From a virus, in the IMG/VR virus record IMGVR_UViG_3300024346_000011: a stretch of DNA of 64,000 nt, one strand, 5' to 3'. Below, piece after piece: positions 9,251 through 18,676 of this stretch. A program made the position numbers and the translations under genes. Numbering within the stretch: the stretch's first letter is position 1; each line of letters starts with the position of its first letter. Under the pieces are notes generated by a model. It worked only from the letters and a program-made list of their open reading frames with translations, did not search any database and was not told the origin of the DNA.

Positions 9251-10384
9251 TTATTTAAACTTTTTAAGTTTATCTTCGATTAACTTTTTAGCGTCGTACA
9301 TAATGCCAGGAGATCTGAAAGATCCTCCAATATCATTAGCTTCTTTCTTAATCATTGCTAATAAATCATCAATTGAAACTTCAACTTGTGACATTAGATC
9401 TTCTCTTCTCTCGTCTTCATCATCTGAAATTGTGCCATCAGCTTTCTTTTCAGAAACTACTGATTCCATAGTTGCAATCTTTCTGAATTCATCAACAATC
9501 TTTTTTGCTTTAGAACCTTTATGACCAGCTGCAGATACGATTTGATTAAATAATTTATCATCACCTTTAGCTAATTCATCCTCAGTGTATGCTCCATCTG
9601 GGCCTGCAACTTGAGTGTATAATTCCATTGCAATTTGCTCATCCTTTTCGCTTTCGTTAACTAATTCAAGTGAAAGTGGTAACTCGGCTGATTCGTTTAA
9701 ATTATATTTAGTAATTGCTGTTAATAATTTAGAAGCAGCTTCTTCTTCACCGATATGATTTAAGTATTGAACAGTGCCATTAGCGATAGCATAACCGCTC
9801 CATCCTGCTGCATTAGCAATATCTGAATATAATTCTTCTGATTTACCTGTTAATTTAGAGCCTTTAGATGCAGCTCCAATTGCTTTAGAAGTAACCATCT
9901 CTTTGTGAAAATTAGCATCTTCCATTGCATCAGCATAAACTTTAGCAATAGTATTTAAGTCTGTTAAGCCTGATTTTTTCCAAATAGTAACAACTTTGCC
10001 GTTTTCTCTTTTACCTTCGTTAATTTCTTCAGATTCTTTAATAAGAACTGGATATGTTTTGCCATTGAATTCAAATTCTTCTTTGCCTTCGTCTTTAGCT
10101 TTTTTAGCAGCAGCTGCAAATGCTCTACCTTCTTCAACAGGTTCTTCTGCAACCTCTTCTGATTCTTCAGAAACATTACCAAATGCCTTTGTGATAAACT
10201 CTCTTTTTGCTTCTAACTCTAATTCGTCAAAAGAAGTAATATCCATTTCATCAAGAATTGCAGCTAATCTACCAGCCAATTCAGATCTTTTAGCAACTTT
10301 TTCTTCTGCTAATTTAGCTTCAGTCTCTTGAGCTCTTAACTGTGAAAACGTCTGAAAAGACGTAATTTTACTCATTTCTGCCAT
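9251..10384 (-). CDS. acidic multi-domain putative head core/internal protein
   Basis: 377 aa, Glu-rich; ITSFQTFSQL tag variant; several INE/LNE/VNE sites. Confidence 0.6.
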   Translation of the reverse strand: MAEMSKITSFQTFSQLRAQETEAKLAEEKVAKRSELAGRLAAILDEMDITSFDELELEAKREFITKAFGNVSEESEEVAEEPVEEGRAFAAAAKKAKDEGKEEFEFNGKTYPVLIKESEEINEGKRENGKVVTIWKKSGLTDLNTIAKVYADAMEDANFHKEMVTSKAIGAASKGSKLTGKSEELYSDIANAAGWSGYAIANGTVQYLNHIGEEEAASKLLTAITKYNLNESAELPLSLELVNESEKDEQIAMELYTQVAGPDGAYTEDELAKGDDKLFNQIVSAAGHKGSKAKKIVDEFRKIATMESVVSEKKADGTISDDEDERREDLMSQVEVSIDDLLAMIKKEANDIGGSFRSPGIMYDAKKLIEDKLKKFK

Positions 10385-10416
10385 TTTATTAATATTTGTT
10401 TATTTTTGTCATTACT

Positions 10417-11925
10417 TTATATATCTCCTTCGAATTGTATTCTTTTAATATTATACTCAAACTTCTCTTGGCGATATATTGATTGTCTAGCCTTACCGTG
10501 CTTATATAAATAGTTATCCCACTCATCAGTTCTAATATCATCAACAAAATCTATAATAACTACTTTATCCTTGGACTCATGTTGTCTCAATCCTCTACCA
10601 ATAGATTGGCGAATAATTACTTCAGATTTGAATGATTCTGTAAAGAAAATGTTGTGTATTTTTTTAATAGAAATACCAGTTGAAAATGTACCATAAGAAG
10701 CTACAATAACTACCTCTTCACCTTGCTCCATCTTCTTTTTGTATTCTTCGCGAATATCCTTGTCAGTTCCTCCATCAACATAGTAAACTCGCTTAGCACT
10801 ATCCTGCCTAAGCTTTTCGTATAGCCTCTTACCGTGTTCAATGCGGTGGAAAAGGACCAAACTATTACGTGGTATTCTGGAAATGACGCTAGCAATAAAG
10901 CTGAGGCGGCCTGGGTTATTGATGATAAAATTTTGTTCAAGTTGAAATACATCTTTATTTTCGTATTTATTAGTTGCTAATTCCATAAAGGCCCTACGTT
11001 GCGATTCTGTTGCATAATTCATTTCAATTACTTTAACAGCACATTGTGCAATGTGTCCTTGTTTTTGTAGGAAACTTGCCTTTACTTCGCTGATCACTGG
11101 TCCAGTTTGACTCATAAGTGTCAATTTATCTAATGTACCATCTTTTGGTAAGGTACCTGATAAACCGAATCTATATTTAGCTTGTGTACATTTTTGTAGA
11201 ATGGTTTTAATTGAGGCTGATTTGGCTTTGTGTGTTTCATCCACAATTACAGCGTCAAACTGCTCAAAATATTCTTTAGGCTTTTTAATCAGTGATTGAT
11301 ATGTACCAATAACAATATTCTTATTACTTTTAATCTTTTGACCTGCAAATATCTGTTGAATGCGTAAATCAACCTTATTCATATAATTATATTCGTGAAA
11401 ATCCTCATGTGCTTGGACAACAAGAGAAACATTAGGTACAATAAAAAGTATACGTTCAGCCTTTTTCTTTTCAAGCATATAGGCAACTGTTAAAAATGAA
11501 ATTAATGTTTTACCAGCTGACGTTGCCAATTCAGCTAAACATTTTCTAAATTTAAGAACATTAAAGGCAGTTTCAATCTGATAATCTCGAGGTGTAATTT
11601 CAGCACCATTAAAGAAGTTCATTGACCATTGTTCGAATGATTCAATATTAATATCTGGGTCAATTAATCTACGAATACCTTGGATATCTACATCATATTT
11701 GTAGTCCTTACACACGCTAATAACATAACGCCACAAACCGGCCGGGATCCATTTATCATCCTTCATATAGGAGATATAACCATCCCAAACTCCCTTCTTT
11801 ACAAGAGGGTTAAATCGCCAATTATCAATACGTTTAGTTAATGCAATACGAAGCTGTTCTAATTCTAGCTCTGTGATTTCATCAATACGTAGAAATTGAT
11901 TATCTTCTGTTAAAGTTAATACCAA
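10417..11925 (-). CDS. uvsW: UvsW-like SF2 RNA/DNA helicase
   Basis: RDYQ, ATSAGKT (Walker A), DETH, GLSGT, QSIGRGLR; size and N-terminal WDG motif as in T4 UvsW. Confidence 0.92.
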   Translation of the reverse strand: MVLTLTEDNQFLRIDEITELELEQLRIALTKRIDNWRFNPLVKKGVWDGYISYMKDDKWIPAGLWRYVISVCKDYKYDVDIQGIRRLIDPDINIESFEQWSMNFFNGAEITPRDYQIETAFNVLKFRKCLAELATSAGKTLISFLTVAYMLEKKKAERILFIVPNVSLVVQAHEDFHEYNYMNKVDLRIQQIFAGQKIKSNKNIVIGTYQSLIKKPKEYFEQFDAVIVDETHKAKSASIKTILQKCTQAKYRFGLSGTLPKDGTLDKLTLMSQTGPVISEVKASFLQKQGHIAQCAVKVIEMNYATESQRRAFMELATNKYENKDVFQLEQNFIINNPGRLSFIASVISRIPRNSLVLFHRIEHGKRLYEKLRQDSAKRVYYVDGGTDKDIREEYKKKMEQGEEVVIVASYGTFSTGISIKKIHNIFFTESFKSEVIIRQSIGRGLRQHESKDKVVIIDFVDDIRTDEWDNYLYKHGKARQSIYRQEKFEYNIKRIQFEGDI

Positions 11926-11944
11926 AACTCATATCAACTATTTT

Positions 11945-12373
11945 TTAGAGTTTAGAAATATCTAAACGGTTTTTGATTGCAAAACCCATATTATCTAGAG
12001 TTTTAACAGAGCCTTCCAAGAAAGACTTTTGAGTTTCTAAAAGCTCAAGCATGTGTTTGTCATCTGCCATATCTGCATCTAGAAACCTCTCTTTTTGTTT
12101 GTCGGTAAGCTTATAATCGTAATTATAATACTCAATCCATTTTTGCTTGTATAAACGATCACATGCTGATTTTTGGCTGCGAATCTTTGTACCAATTGAA
12201 GCTAATTGTTCAACCATAATCTGACGATATGATAGAGTATATGCACTCACTTCTTCAAGATTGGTACCGAGTTTAAGATCTTCAGCCAATTGCTTAATCT
12301 TAAGGGTCCATTCTGTTCGTTGAGCATCTAAATACTCATCTAACTTAATAAGCTTTTCTTGCTTTGTTGACAT
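11945..12373 (-). CDS. uvsY: UvsY-like recombination mediator
   Basis: 142 aa helical protein next to uvsW; YY...FLDAD...LDNMGFAIKN pattern. Confidence 0.7.
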   Translation of the reverse strand: MSTKQEKLIKLDEYLDAQRTEWTLKIKQLAEDLKLGTNLEEVSAYTLSYRQIMVEQLASIGTKIRSQKSACDRLYKQKWIEYYNYDYKLTDKQKERFLDADMADDKHMLELLETQKSFLEGSVKTLDNMGFAIKNRLDISKL

Positions 12374-12588
12374 TAGAATAATTGGTTTTTATTATTATTT
12401 TTTATATATGTGCTCGTACTAAGTTTCTTTTTAAACTTAGGTTGTAGAATTGTAAAATCCTTTTCTTGATAATTAAGATTAGAAAGATCAAAGCTCACAA
12501 ACTCTCTTAAGTTTCTTGGCTTTTCGCTCTCTTTCTCAAAATCTTCAAATGATTCTTCAATCATAAGTTCAAAGTCTATATTTTTCAT
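12373..12588 (-). CDS. hypothetical protein
   Basis: 71 aa ORF translationally coupled to both neighbours. Confidence 0.55.
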   Translation of the reverse strand: MKNIDFELMIEESFEDFEKESEKPRNLREFVSFDLSNLNYQEKDFTILQPKFKKKLSTSTYIKNNNKNQLF

Positions 12589-13712
12589 AGGTAATATGCG
12601 TCCAATTTAGAGTTGCTAAAATATTGATCGATACTTTTGATTGACGCATCTTTTAAAATATATGCAGCCCTAACAAGGTCGTTCAAATCACCCAGTTCTT
12701 TAGGATATTTATCTAATTCATTTTTATCAACCCCTTTAAGGAATTGTTGCCATTTAATATCCATCTTTGTTTCTTCGAAGAATTTTTGCCACATAAAGAT
12801 CTTTTTACCTCTACGTAGCTTTTCCATCATCTTCTTTTTACCAGTGTCGTCATTATCAAACATATAACGAATGGTAGGGATCTCATCAAACTCTTCAGTT
12901 GAGCGGCCAGCAGTTGCAAGTCCAATACTGTTTTGAATAAACATTGCATCAATTGGACCTTCAAACATGGTGACTTCTCTTTGTAAATCGACTTTTAATA
13001 CGCCAAATAGAGTTGAGATCTTTTTAAGACTAATTAGTTCTTCTTCAGTAACCTTTAATTCTTTATCCATCTCTTGATAAATGCGCTCAATATCATAAGT
13101 CAAATATCTAGATTTGCGATGTTTTGTAAGTGCTCTTGTCTGTAATCCAATAATCTTATTGTTTGGTGCAAGATTGAGAACTACAAGTCTCTTATCTTTT
13201 GGTGAATAGAGAAAGTATTCAAGTTTGTGGGTAAGTAATCTGTTTCTTAAGTAAAAAAATGGAGCATCTCCAGGTTCTACTTCAACCCAACCTAAAGCAT
13301 CTTTTAATTCTTGGCGGGTTGGTGATAGATCATAAATCAATTTGAATACATCGTGCTCAAGAACTTCAACGTCGTTAGTTTCGATCTTATGTTCTTGGAT
13401 GTAATCAATAATCGCAATTGAATCATCGCGATCTGCAAATTGAATATGGTGATCTTTTAAGAGTGAATAAACATCTCCATGTTCTCCACAGTTAAAACAG
13501 TGATATTGTAGTGTATCCCAATACAAATTACCTCGCTTTTTAGAGGAATCTGTACTGGAATCACCACAATATGGACATGCCAGGCTTATACGGCCTGGCA
13601 TTTCCTTAATCATCTGTTTCGAAGGTTCGTGGTGGTGTTTTACGACCACCTGCTTAACTAATCCTCGAATCTTAGATTTTAATTGTTCATCTATCTTAGA
13701 GATCGAGGTCAT
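12585..13712 (-). CDS. DNA primase (T4 gp61-like)
   Basis: Zn finger CPYCGD...HCFNC; TOPRIM EGPIDAMF and FDND; DLND. Confidence 0.9.
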   Translation of the reverse strand: MTSISKIDEQLKSKIRGLVKQVVVKHHHEPSKQMIKEMPGRISLACPYCGDSSTDSSKKRGNLYWDTLQYHCFNCGEHGDVYSLLKDHHIQFADRDDSIAIIDYIQEHKIETNDVEVLEHDVFKLIYDLSPTRQELKDALGWVEVEPGDAPFFYLRNRLLTHKLEYFLYSPKDKRLVVLNLAPNNKIIGLQTRALTKHRKSRYLTYDIERIYQEMDKELKVTEEELISLKKISTLFGVLKVDLQREVTMFEGPIDAMFIQNSIGLATAGRSTEEFDEIPTIRYMFDNDDTGKKKMMEKLRRGKKIFMWQKFFEETKMDIKWQQFLKGVDKNELDKYPKELGDLNDLVRAAYILKDASIKSIDQYFSNSKLDAYYL

Positions 13713-14628
13713 TCAAGAAATCATCTAGATCGTTATCAGAACTTACGCTAGTTGGCTCTGGACTACCTACCATTTCTGAAGGAAATTCGAAATCTGTAGC
13801 TGATTCCACTGTTGCTTTTTGAGCAGGAGCCGCTTTCTTAGCGGCTGCTTTAGGCCTAGAAACTACGCTGTCAATAGAATCTCCAGGATTCAAATATTGA
13901 CGAAGGATTCCATTAACGAAATCGCGAGTTTCACCATCCCAAGACTTGTACTCATAAGGCTCAAGAGAAGGAGCCGCGTCCAATTCAACTTTAAGTGATG
14001 ACATTGTCTCTTTGTTACGCTCTGCTGGAGCGCCATCAAGAACAACTGCTGAACGGCTTGCTGAGAATTTAGATTTGTCGTAGTTATTGTAATCACCTTG
14101 GCGAGTAATAATCAACTCAAAATTCTTACCTTCAAAGAGGTCAAATACTTGGGTTGGTTCGCCGAATGCAGGCTTCAATTCCTCGTCGATCTTTTCTTTG
14201 ATCTTGTAACCAAACTTGAAGATCATGTATTGACCTTCGTATTCAGGGTGTTGAGGATCCTTAATAACTTTAATTAGAGAGTAATATTGCTCACGGCGCT
14301 TCAACTTCTCAGACATTTTACGGTCTACTGCTGAATCGCTGTTACGCAATTTAAAGAATACATCAGCAATCGGGCATTTCTCATTTACTGTAGATGGTGA
14401 ATCGATCAAACGACCGTTACCTTCTGCGTCTGTCAGCCAGTGTACGTACTTTTTAACAAGAGAGTTGCGTGGATTTGCTGGATTAGGAACAAAGCGAATC
14501 AATGCTTTATATGTTCCGTCTTTGCCTTGATCGGCGCTCGGCTTATAGATATTATCTGTTGTCGAGCTTGTTTGTTGGTGGGTGTCAACGTCTGCTACAC
14601 CCAAGTTGAAGATGTCAAAATCTGCCAT
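13696..14628 (-). CDS. single-stranded DNA-binding protein (T4 gp32-like)
   Basis: ALIRFVP, CPI, VIKDPQHPEYEG, FGYKI, FDLFEGKNF, NYDKSKF; acidic tail DDLDDFLNDLDL. Confidence 0.92.
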   Translation of the reverse strand: MADFDIFNLGVADVDTHQQTSSTTDNIYKPSADQGKDGTYKALIRFVPNPANPRNSLVKKYVHWLTDAEGNGRLIDSPSTVNEKCPIADVFFKLRNSDSAVDRKMSEKLKRREQYYSLIKVIKDPQHPEYEGQYMIFKFGYKIKEKIDEELKPAFGEPTQVFDLFEGKNFELIITRQGDYNNYDKSKFSASRSAVVLDGAPAERNKETMSSLKVELDAAPSLEPYEYKSWDGETRDFVNGILRQYLNPGDSIDSVVSRPKAAAKKAAPAQKATVESATDFEFPSEMVGSPEPTSVSSDNDLDDFLNDLDL

Positions 14629-14712
14629 AACTTTAAAACTTTAATTTTCTTTAATAATTGTTTAACTTCTTTGATTGTCTTTCGGTACCTTTAAAACTTT
14701 CAAATACGAATA

Positions 14713-14738
14713 TTATACGTGTCCCCTCTAAAAGGTTT
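14713..14738 (-). promoter_or_regulatory. class B promoter AAAC-N17-TATAA (upstream of SSB)
   Basis: Same motif and exact 17-nt spacer at five intergenic sites. Confidence 0.65.
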
Positions 14739-14757
14739 CACAGTTCTCCAAAAAATA

Positions 14758-14937
14758 TTAGTGTGAATGGTATCTTGAACCAGATTCGTCAATCCAGCCT
14801 TGACCTTCAGGTAATCTAGCTAAACCTGCTCGACGTAAGATGTCTAACATTTCAGCCTCTTCCATACGGCCCTGAGAAACCATGTGCTCTAGAGCAGCTT
14901 TCAAATCTAATAATATTGCAGAACTTATAATATTCAT
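14758..14937 (-). CDS. hypothetical protein
   Basis: Likely start ATG 14937 (MNIISS), just downstream of GATATATA at 14942-14949. Confidence 0.5.
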   Translation of the reverse strand: MNIISSAILLDLKAALEHMVSQGRMEEAEMLDILRRAGLARLPEGQGWIDESGSRYHSH

Positions 14938-15006
14938 ATAGTATATATCTAATTTTTTTGTATTGTTTCGAAACTTTTTACCCAAACATTAATATAAGTT
15001 ATGGTT

Positions 15007-15669
15007 TTAAGCTTGAGGTTGAAAGGTAGCTTGGAGGTATGCATTTAAGAAGTAAGCATCCACTAAGTCGTCAAACGGTTTTGGAATCTTTTGGGTCTCT
15101 CCGATTTCTCCCAAACAAAATTGATAGGTTTCAGACTTTGCAAGGTTTTGGTCATTATTAATATTAGAAAGAAAAACTTTCCATAAGTCTCCCTTATTCA
15201 TGTTGCCTTTACCAGCATGCTTCTTAATAGTTGAAGGCGCGACAGTTTCAATAAACTTAACTTGGAAATATTCTAGGATCTTGAGTTTTAAGATTGCAGC
15301 ACCAGCTGCCATATCAATAATGTTATTAGTTCCTTGCTTAGAGCCAAAGCTCGTGCCTTCAAATGCAAAAGTAACATCTTCATCTCTTGGAATAACCTCT
15401 TCAATCATCTCAAGAATATCGTTAGCGGTAATTAAGTATCTTTGGATTTTGGCAAACTCAACTGAAGAGTATTCACCATTATTAGAGAAATCCGGTTGGG
15501 ATTTATAGATGGAATCTTTAAGCGCCGCAAAGTCTTCTTGGATTTTTTGTTCCTTCTTAGTTCCAGTGCCAGCTTTTAAATAAGAAATAAAGGTATACTC
15601 TTCAGTGTTTGAATTGAAAGTACAAATACCTGGAGAGTTTAATGAAAAGTCAATTGCAACAAAGTGCAT
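15007..15669 (-). CDS. RuvC-like Holliday junction resolvase/nuclease
   Basis: AIDFSLNSPG, FEG, APSTIKK..GKGN..K, DDLVDAYF catalytic pattern; likely start MHFVAID at 15669. Confidence 0.8.
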   Translation of the reverse strand: MHFVAIDFSLNSPGICTFNSNTEEYTFISYLKAGTGTKKEQKIQEDFAALKDSIYKSQPDFSNNGEYSSVEFAKIQRYLITANDILEMIEEVIPRDEDVTFAFEGTSFGSKQGTNNIIDMAAGAAILKLKILEYFQVKFIETVAPSTIKKHAGKGNMNKGDLWKVFLSNINNDQNLAKSETYQFCLGEIGETQKIPKPFDDLVDAYFLNAYLQATFQPQA

Positions 15670-15670
15670 A

Positions 15671-16039
15671 TTAGAATTTATTACCGACTGCAGCACCTAA
15701 AGCAGCGCCAACCAGTCTTGAAGTTAACATATCGTAAATAATGCCTTTCTCTACGCCAAGGACTTTAGCAACCATTTTACCTAAAGATTTGCCAAGGGCA
15801 AAACCAGTTAAACCACCTAAGATAGAACCAAAAAGACCTTCATTTGTCATTTCCTCATTAAGTCTATCTAAATCATAAGAACCATCCTCATTCTGGTATT
15901 CAGCAATAAAAGCATCAATTGCTGCATCTACCTTAGCTTCTAATTCTTCATTCCATTCAGATTGAAGTGACTCTTGAAGGATCTGTAATTCTTCAGAAGT
16001 AACATCCTGTTCTTGCATGTAGTCTAAAAATGTTTTCAT
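15671..16039 (-). CDS. tagged protein: acidic N-half plus C-terminal glycine-zipper helices
   Basis: MKTFLDYMQE start; after TNE the sequence is GLFGSILGGLTGFALG...LVGAALGAAVG. Confidence 0.65.
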   Translation of the reverse strand: MKTFLDYMQEQDVTSEELQILQESLQSEWNEELEAKVDAAIDAFIAEYQNEDGSYDLDRLNEEMTNEGLFGSILGGLTGFALGKSLGKMVAKVLGVEKGIIYDMLTSRLVGAALGAAVGNKF

Positions 16040-16051
16040 AAAGTATATATC

Positions 16052-16603
16052 TTAATCTATTTCGAGCTTGATATTAAATTTGTTATAATAGAATGTAAGC
16101 TGAAACGTAGTAAATTCCGCAATGTTAGTACTCATATTTAATTCAAGTTCAGAAATTGAGTTCATAATTGGCTTTTCAAAAACCGCACTCATTACATGAA
16201 TACCTTCACCATCAAGGATTTGTAATTTAAGATCATCAATAAACGGCTCTCTTTTAGATTTTGAATAATAATATAGGAGAGTGTCTTGCATAATCCAATA
16301 GTTAATGTAGCCATCTAAGAGTTGCATTTCAACCGTAAATTGTCTCTCAATAGTATTCTGGATTGGAATGGAACCTCTATGATATGTTGTTGTTCCGTCA
16401 TTAGGTGATTGAGAGATTGGATCAAAAGAAATACCTGGCATTGCAATACCTTGAATTGCGTAATTGATAAAGTCAATTGGCTCAGTCATTAAATTACCTG
16501 GCATTCTATTCAAATACTTACGATACTTATCAGCAACTTCCTTCGGAATAAAATTACGAGGAAACTTAAAGTTGAATAAATTATTTCTACTATTTAGTAT
16601 CAT
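16052..16603 (-). CDS. tail tube-fold protein (gp3/gp19-like tail completion)
   Basis: IQGIAMPGIS, FTVEM..NY, LQILD, SISELEL, TFQLTFYY pattern of the T4 gp3/gp19 family. Confidence 0.65.
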   Translation of the reverse strand: MILNSRNNLFNFKFPRNFIPKEVADKYRKYLNRMPGNLMTEPIDFINYAIQGIAMPGISFDPISQSPNDGTTTYHRGSIPIQNTIERQFTVEMQLLDGYINYWIMQDTLLYYYSKSKREPFIDDLKLQILDGEGIHVMSAVFEKPIMNSISELELNMSTNIAEFTTFQLTFYYNKFNIKLEID

Positions 16604-18660
16604 TAGATAATCTTAACTTTTCCGTGGTATAATAGTGATTCAGTTTGTCCATTCTTTAAATTAATATAGAATGTATCTGCAAATTGGTTTGTATCTGCCT
16701 GATCAAATCTAACCGCTGTTGACTTTGGAACTTTAAAGAATACTTGACCTTTACCTAAATCAACATCTGGGAAAGTTGGATTATGGTGGATCTGTTGTTC
16801 AATATTTCCACTCTTAATAATTAAAATAATGTCCTCAGCATTAACTAAACTGATTGATTCCAAATTATCACCTTTAGGTCTAGCGATTGAGAACTTAATA
16901 AAGTTATCTGAAACTTTAGAAAGTGTAATTTCACAATTACCTTCAGACGCATATTTAATTTCACTGTTTGCTTCTGCTTCAGCGGCTTGTAATGTAATAT
17001 TAGTTGCACCAGCTACGATACCATAAGTATCCATTGCAACTGGTACATATTTAGTTTCGCCAATTGAAGGTCTGATAGAGTTTACAAACCCATTAACCTC
17101 TCTATTAACTTGTGTGTTCGGTAATTTATTATAGATAATTGGAGATGCATCATTTGATTTTAAGGTAATCTTTTGCATCTTCTTACCATATTTCTTAGGT
17201 TGAGTATAAATTAATGAAGCAACCTTTAAGATTTGTGTATTGTCAGTTTGATTATAAATACGCATTGCAACTCTAATTAAGAAAGAAGAGCAGAATGCTG
17301 CATTTTTAATAATTGGACGATATAACATAGTTTGATCGAATTGATCAACCTGAACCATTGTAGTTTGATATGTTGAAACATAGTTCATACCTAATTGTTC
17401 GCTCACATCAATATCATAATATACAATTATATCATCGCCGGATTCTTGCATTCTATTTAGAATGTATTGTTCAAACCCGTTTTGTGATCCATCTTTCTCT
17501 CCCCAAATTTCAAAGAAATCACCATCAGCCGCTTCTTGAAGATTGACAGTAATATCTGCAAACTCATCTTCTTGTGCTAGAGTTAATTTACGCTCATCTG
17601 CAATTTCAATATATTGAATGCCATTAATATCTTTAGTAACACCAATTGTTCCTAAAATAATTTCATAGTTAGCAGATGAAATAATTGGATCTAGATCAAA
17701 GAATGTAGTTGCAAATTCTTCATTCTTTGTTGCATCGCTCATATGAATTAACGATGGAACCTTAACCTCAATGTATTTAGAGAAAGCACTATCTGCTAAT
17801 ACAAATGGTTTAGGGTTTTGAATTTCGTATGATGAAGTATTTAAATATACAATTGAAGTAAAGTAACCATAAGTACCATTACTTCTTTTAACTTTAACTT
17901 GAAAATGAAAACCATCTAAACCTCTACCAGCAAATGAATAACCTGTTCTTAAGTGTAAGCGAATTGTATCATAGTACACGTGTTGAACATCATTAACCGG
18001 AACCACTGTTAATCCATTAGAATCTGTTCCAGCCCACTCAGATGAATCTAAATAATTCAATGAGTTATTTAAAAGAGCCCATACAGAATTATTAGCAGTA
18101 GGAACCGCATAGTATCTACCACCTTCTCCTGGCGCTGTCTTAATATTATTACCAGTTTCCTGTTCTGATTTTGACCATAAAGAATTTGCTCTATCACCAA
18201 CTTGAATATTACCACCTACAAAATCAACACCTGTAGAATTTACATATTGATATTTATAAGTTCCATTAGTATTAGGTGTATATGTTAAAACAGTTCCAGA
18301 TACTTGATAGCTACCTCCAGAAATTGTAAAACCAGAAATATTATTAATTGAAACATCAGAAAGGTCAAACTTATAAGTTAATCCATTCTTTAATACTAAT
18401 TCGCGACTAGCAAAATTATTAATGTATACAAAGCCATTAGCAACTTTAACTTCAAAGTTTACTACATCAGCACCAAGTTCATGAATTAAGAATCTAGATG
18501 CGCTAGTATCGCCATCAACTGTATCTAAATATTTCAGTTGAGAGCCATTATCATCATTCTCAATTTTAGCATTATCTACAACCGCAACATCTTGGTCATG
18601 GTAGATAAATTCTAATAGAATGTCTTCGTCTATTCTTGCAAATTTTGATGATTGCGCCAT
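16603..18660 (-). CDS. putative virion structural protein
   Basis: 685 aa, beta-rich, in the tail operon. Confidence 0.5.
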   Translation of the reverse strand: MAQSSKFARIDEDILLEFIYHDQDVAVVDNAKIENDDNGSQLKYLDTVDGDTSASRFLIHELGADVVNFEVKVANGFVYINNFASRELVLKNGLTYKFDLSDVSINNISGFTISGGSYQVSGTVLTYTPNTNGTYKYQYVNSTGVDFVGGNIQVGDRANSLWSKSEQETGNNIKTAPGEGGRYYAVPTANNSVWALLNNSLNYLDSSEWAGTDSNGLTVVPVNDVQHVYYDTIRLHLRTGYSFAGRGLDGFHFQVKVKRSNGTYGYFTSIVYLNTSSYEIQNPKPFVLADSAFSKYIEVKVPSLIHMSDATKNEEFATTFFDLDPIISSANYEIILGTIGVTKDINGIQYIEIADERKLTLAQEDEFADITVNLQEAADGDFFEIWGEKDGSQNGFEQYILNRMQESGDDIIVYYDIDVSEQLGMNYVSTYQTTMVQVDQFDQTMLYRPIIKNAAFCSSFLIRVAMRIYNQTDNTQILKVASLIYTQPKKYGKKMQKITLKSNDASPIIYNKLPNTQVNREVNGFVNSIRPSIGETKYVPVAMDTYGIVAGATNITLQAAEAEANSEIKYASEGNCEITLSKVSDNFIKFSIARPKGDNLESISLVNAEDIILIIKSGNIEQQIHHNPTFPDVDLGKGQVFFKVPKSTAVRFDQADTNQFADTFYINLKNGQTESLLYHGKVKII

Positions 18661-18676
18661 TCTTAATTTTTATATT

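Noticed and set aside
14971-14997. Plus-strand AAAC...TATAA that could drive antisense RNA into the RuvC-like gene
   Set aside because: The spacer is 18 nt rather than the invariant 17 and no terminator is evident; may be chance in AT-rich DNA.
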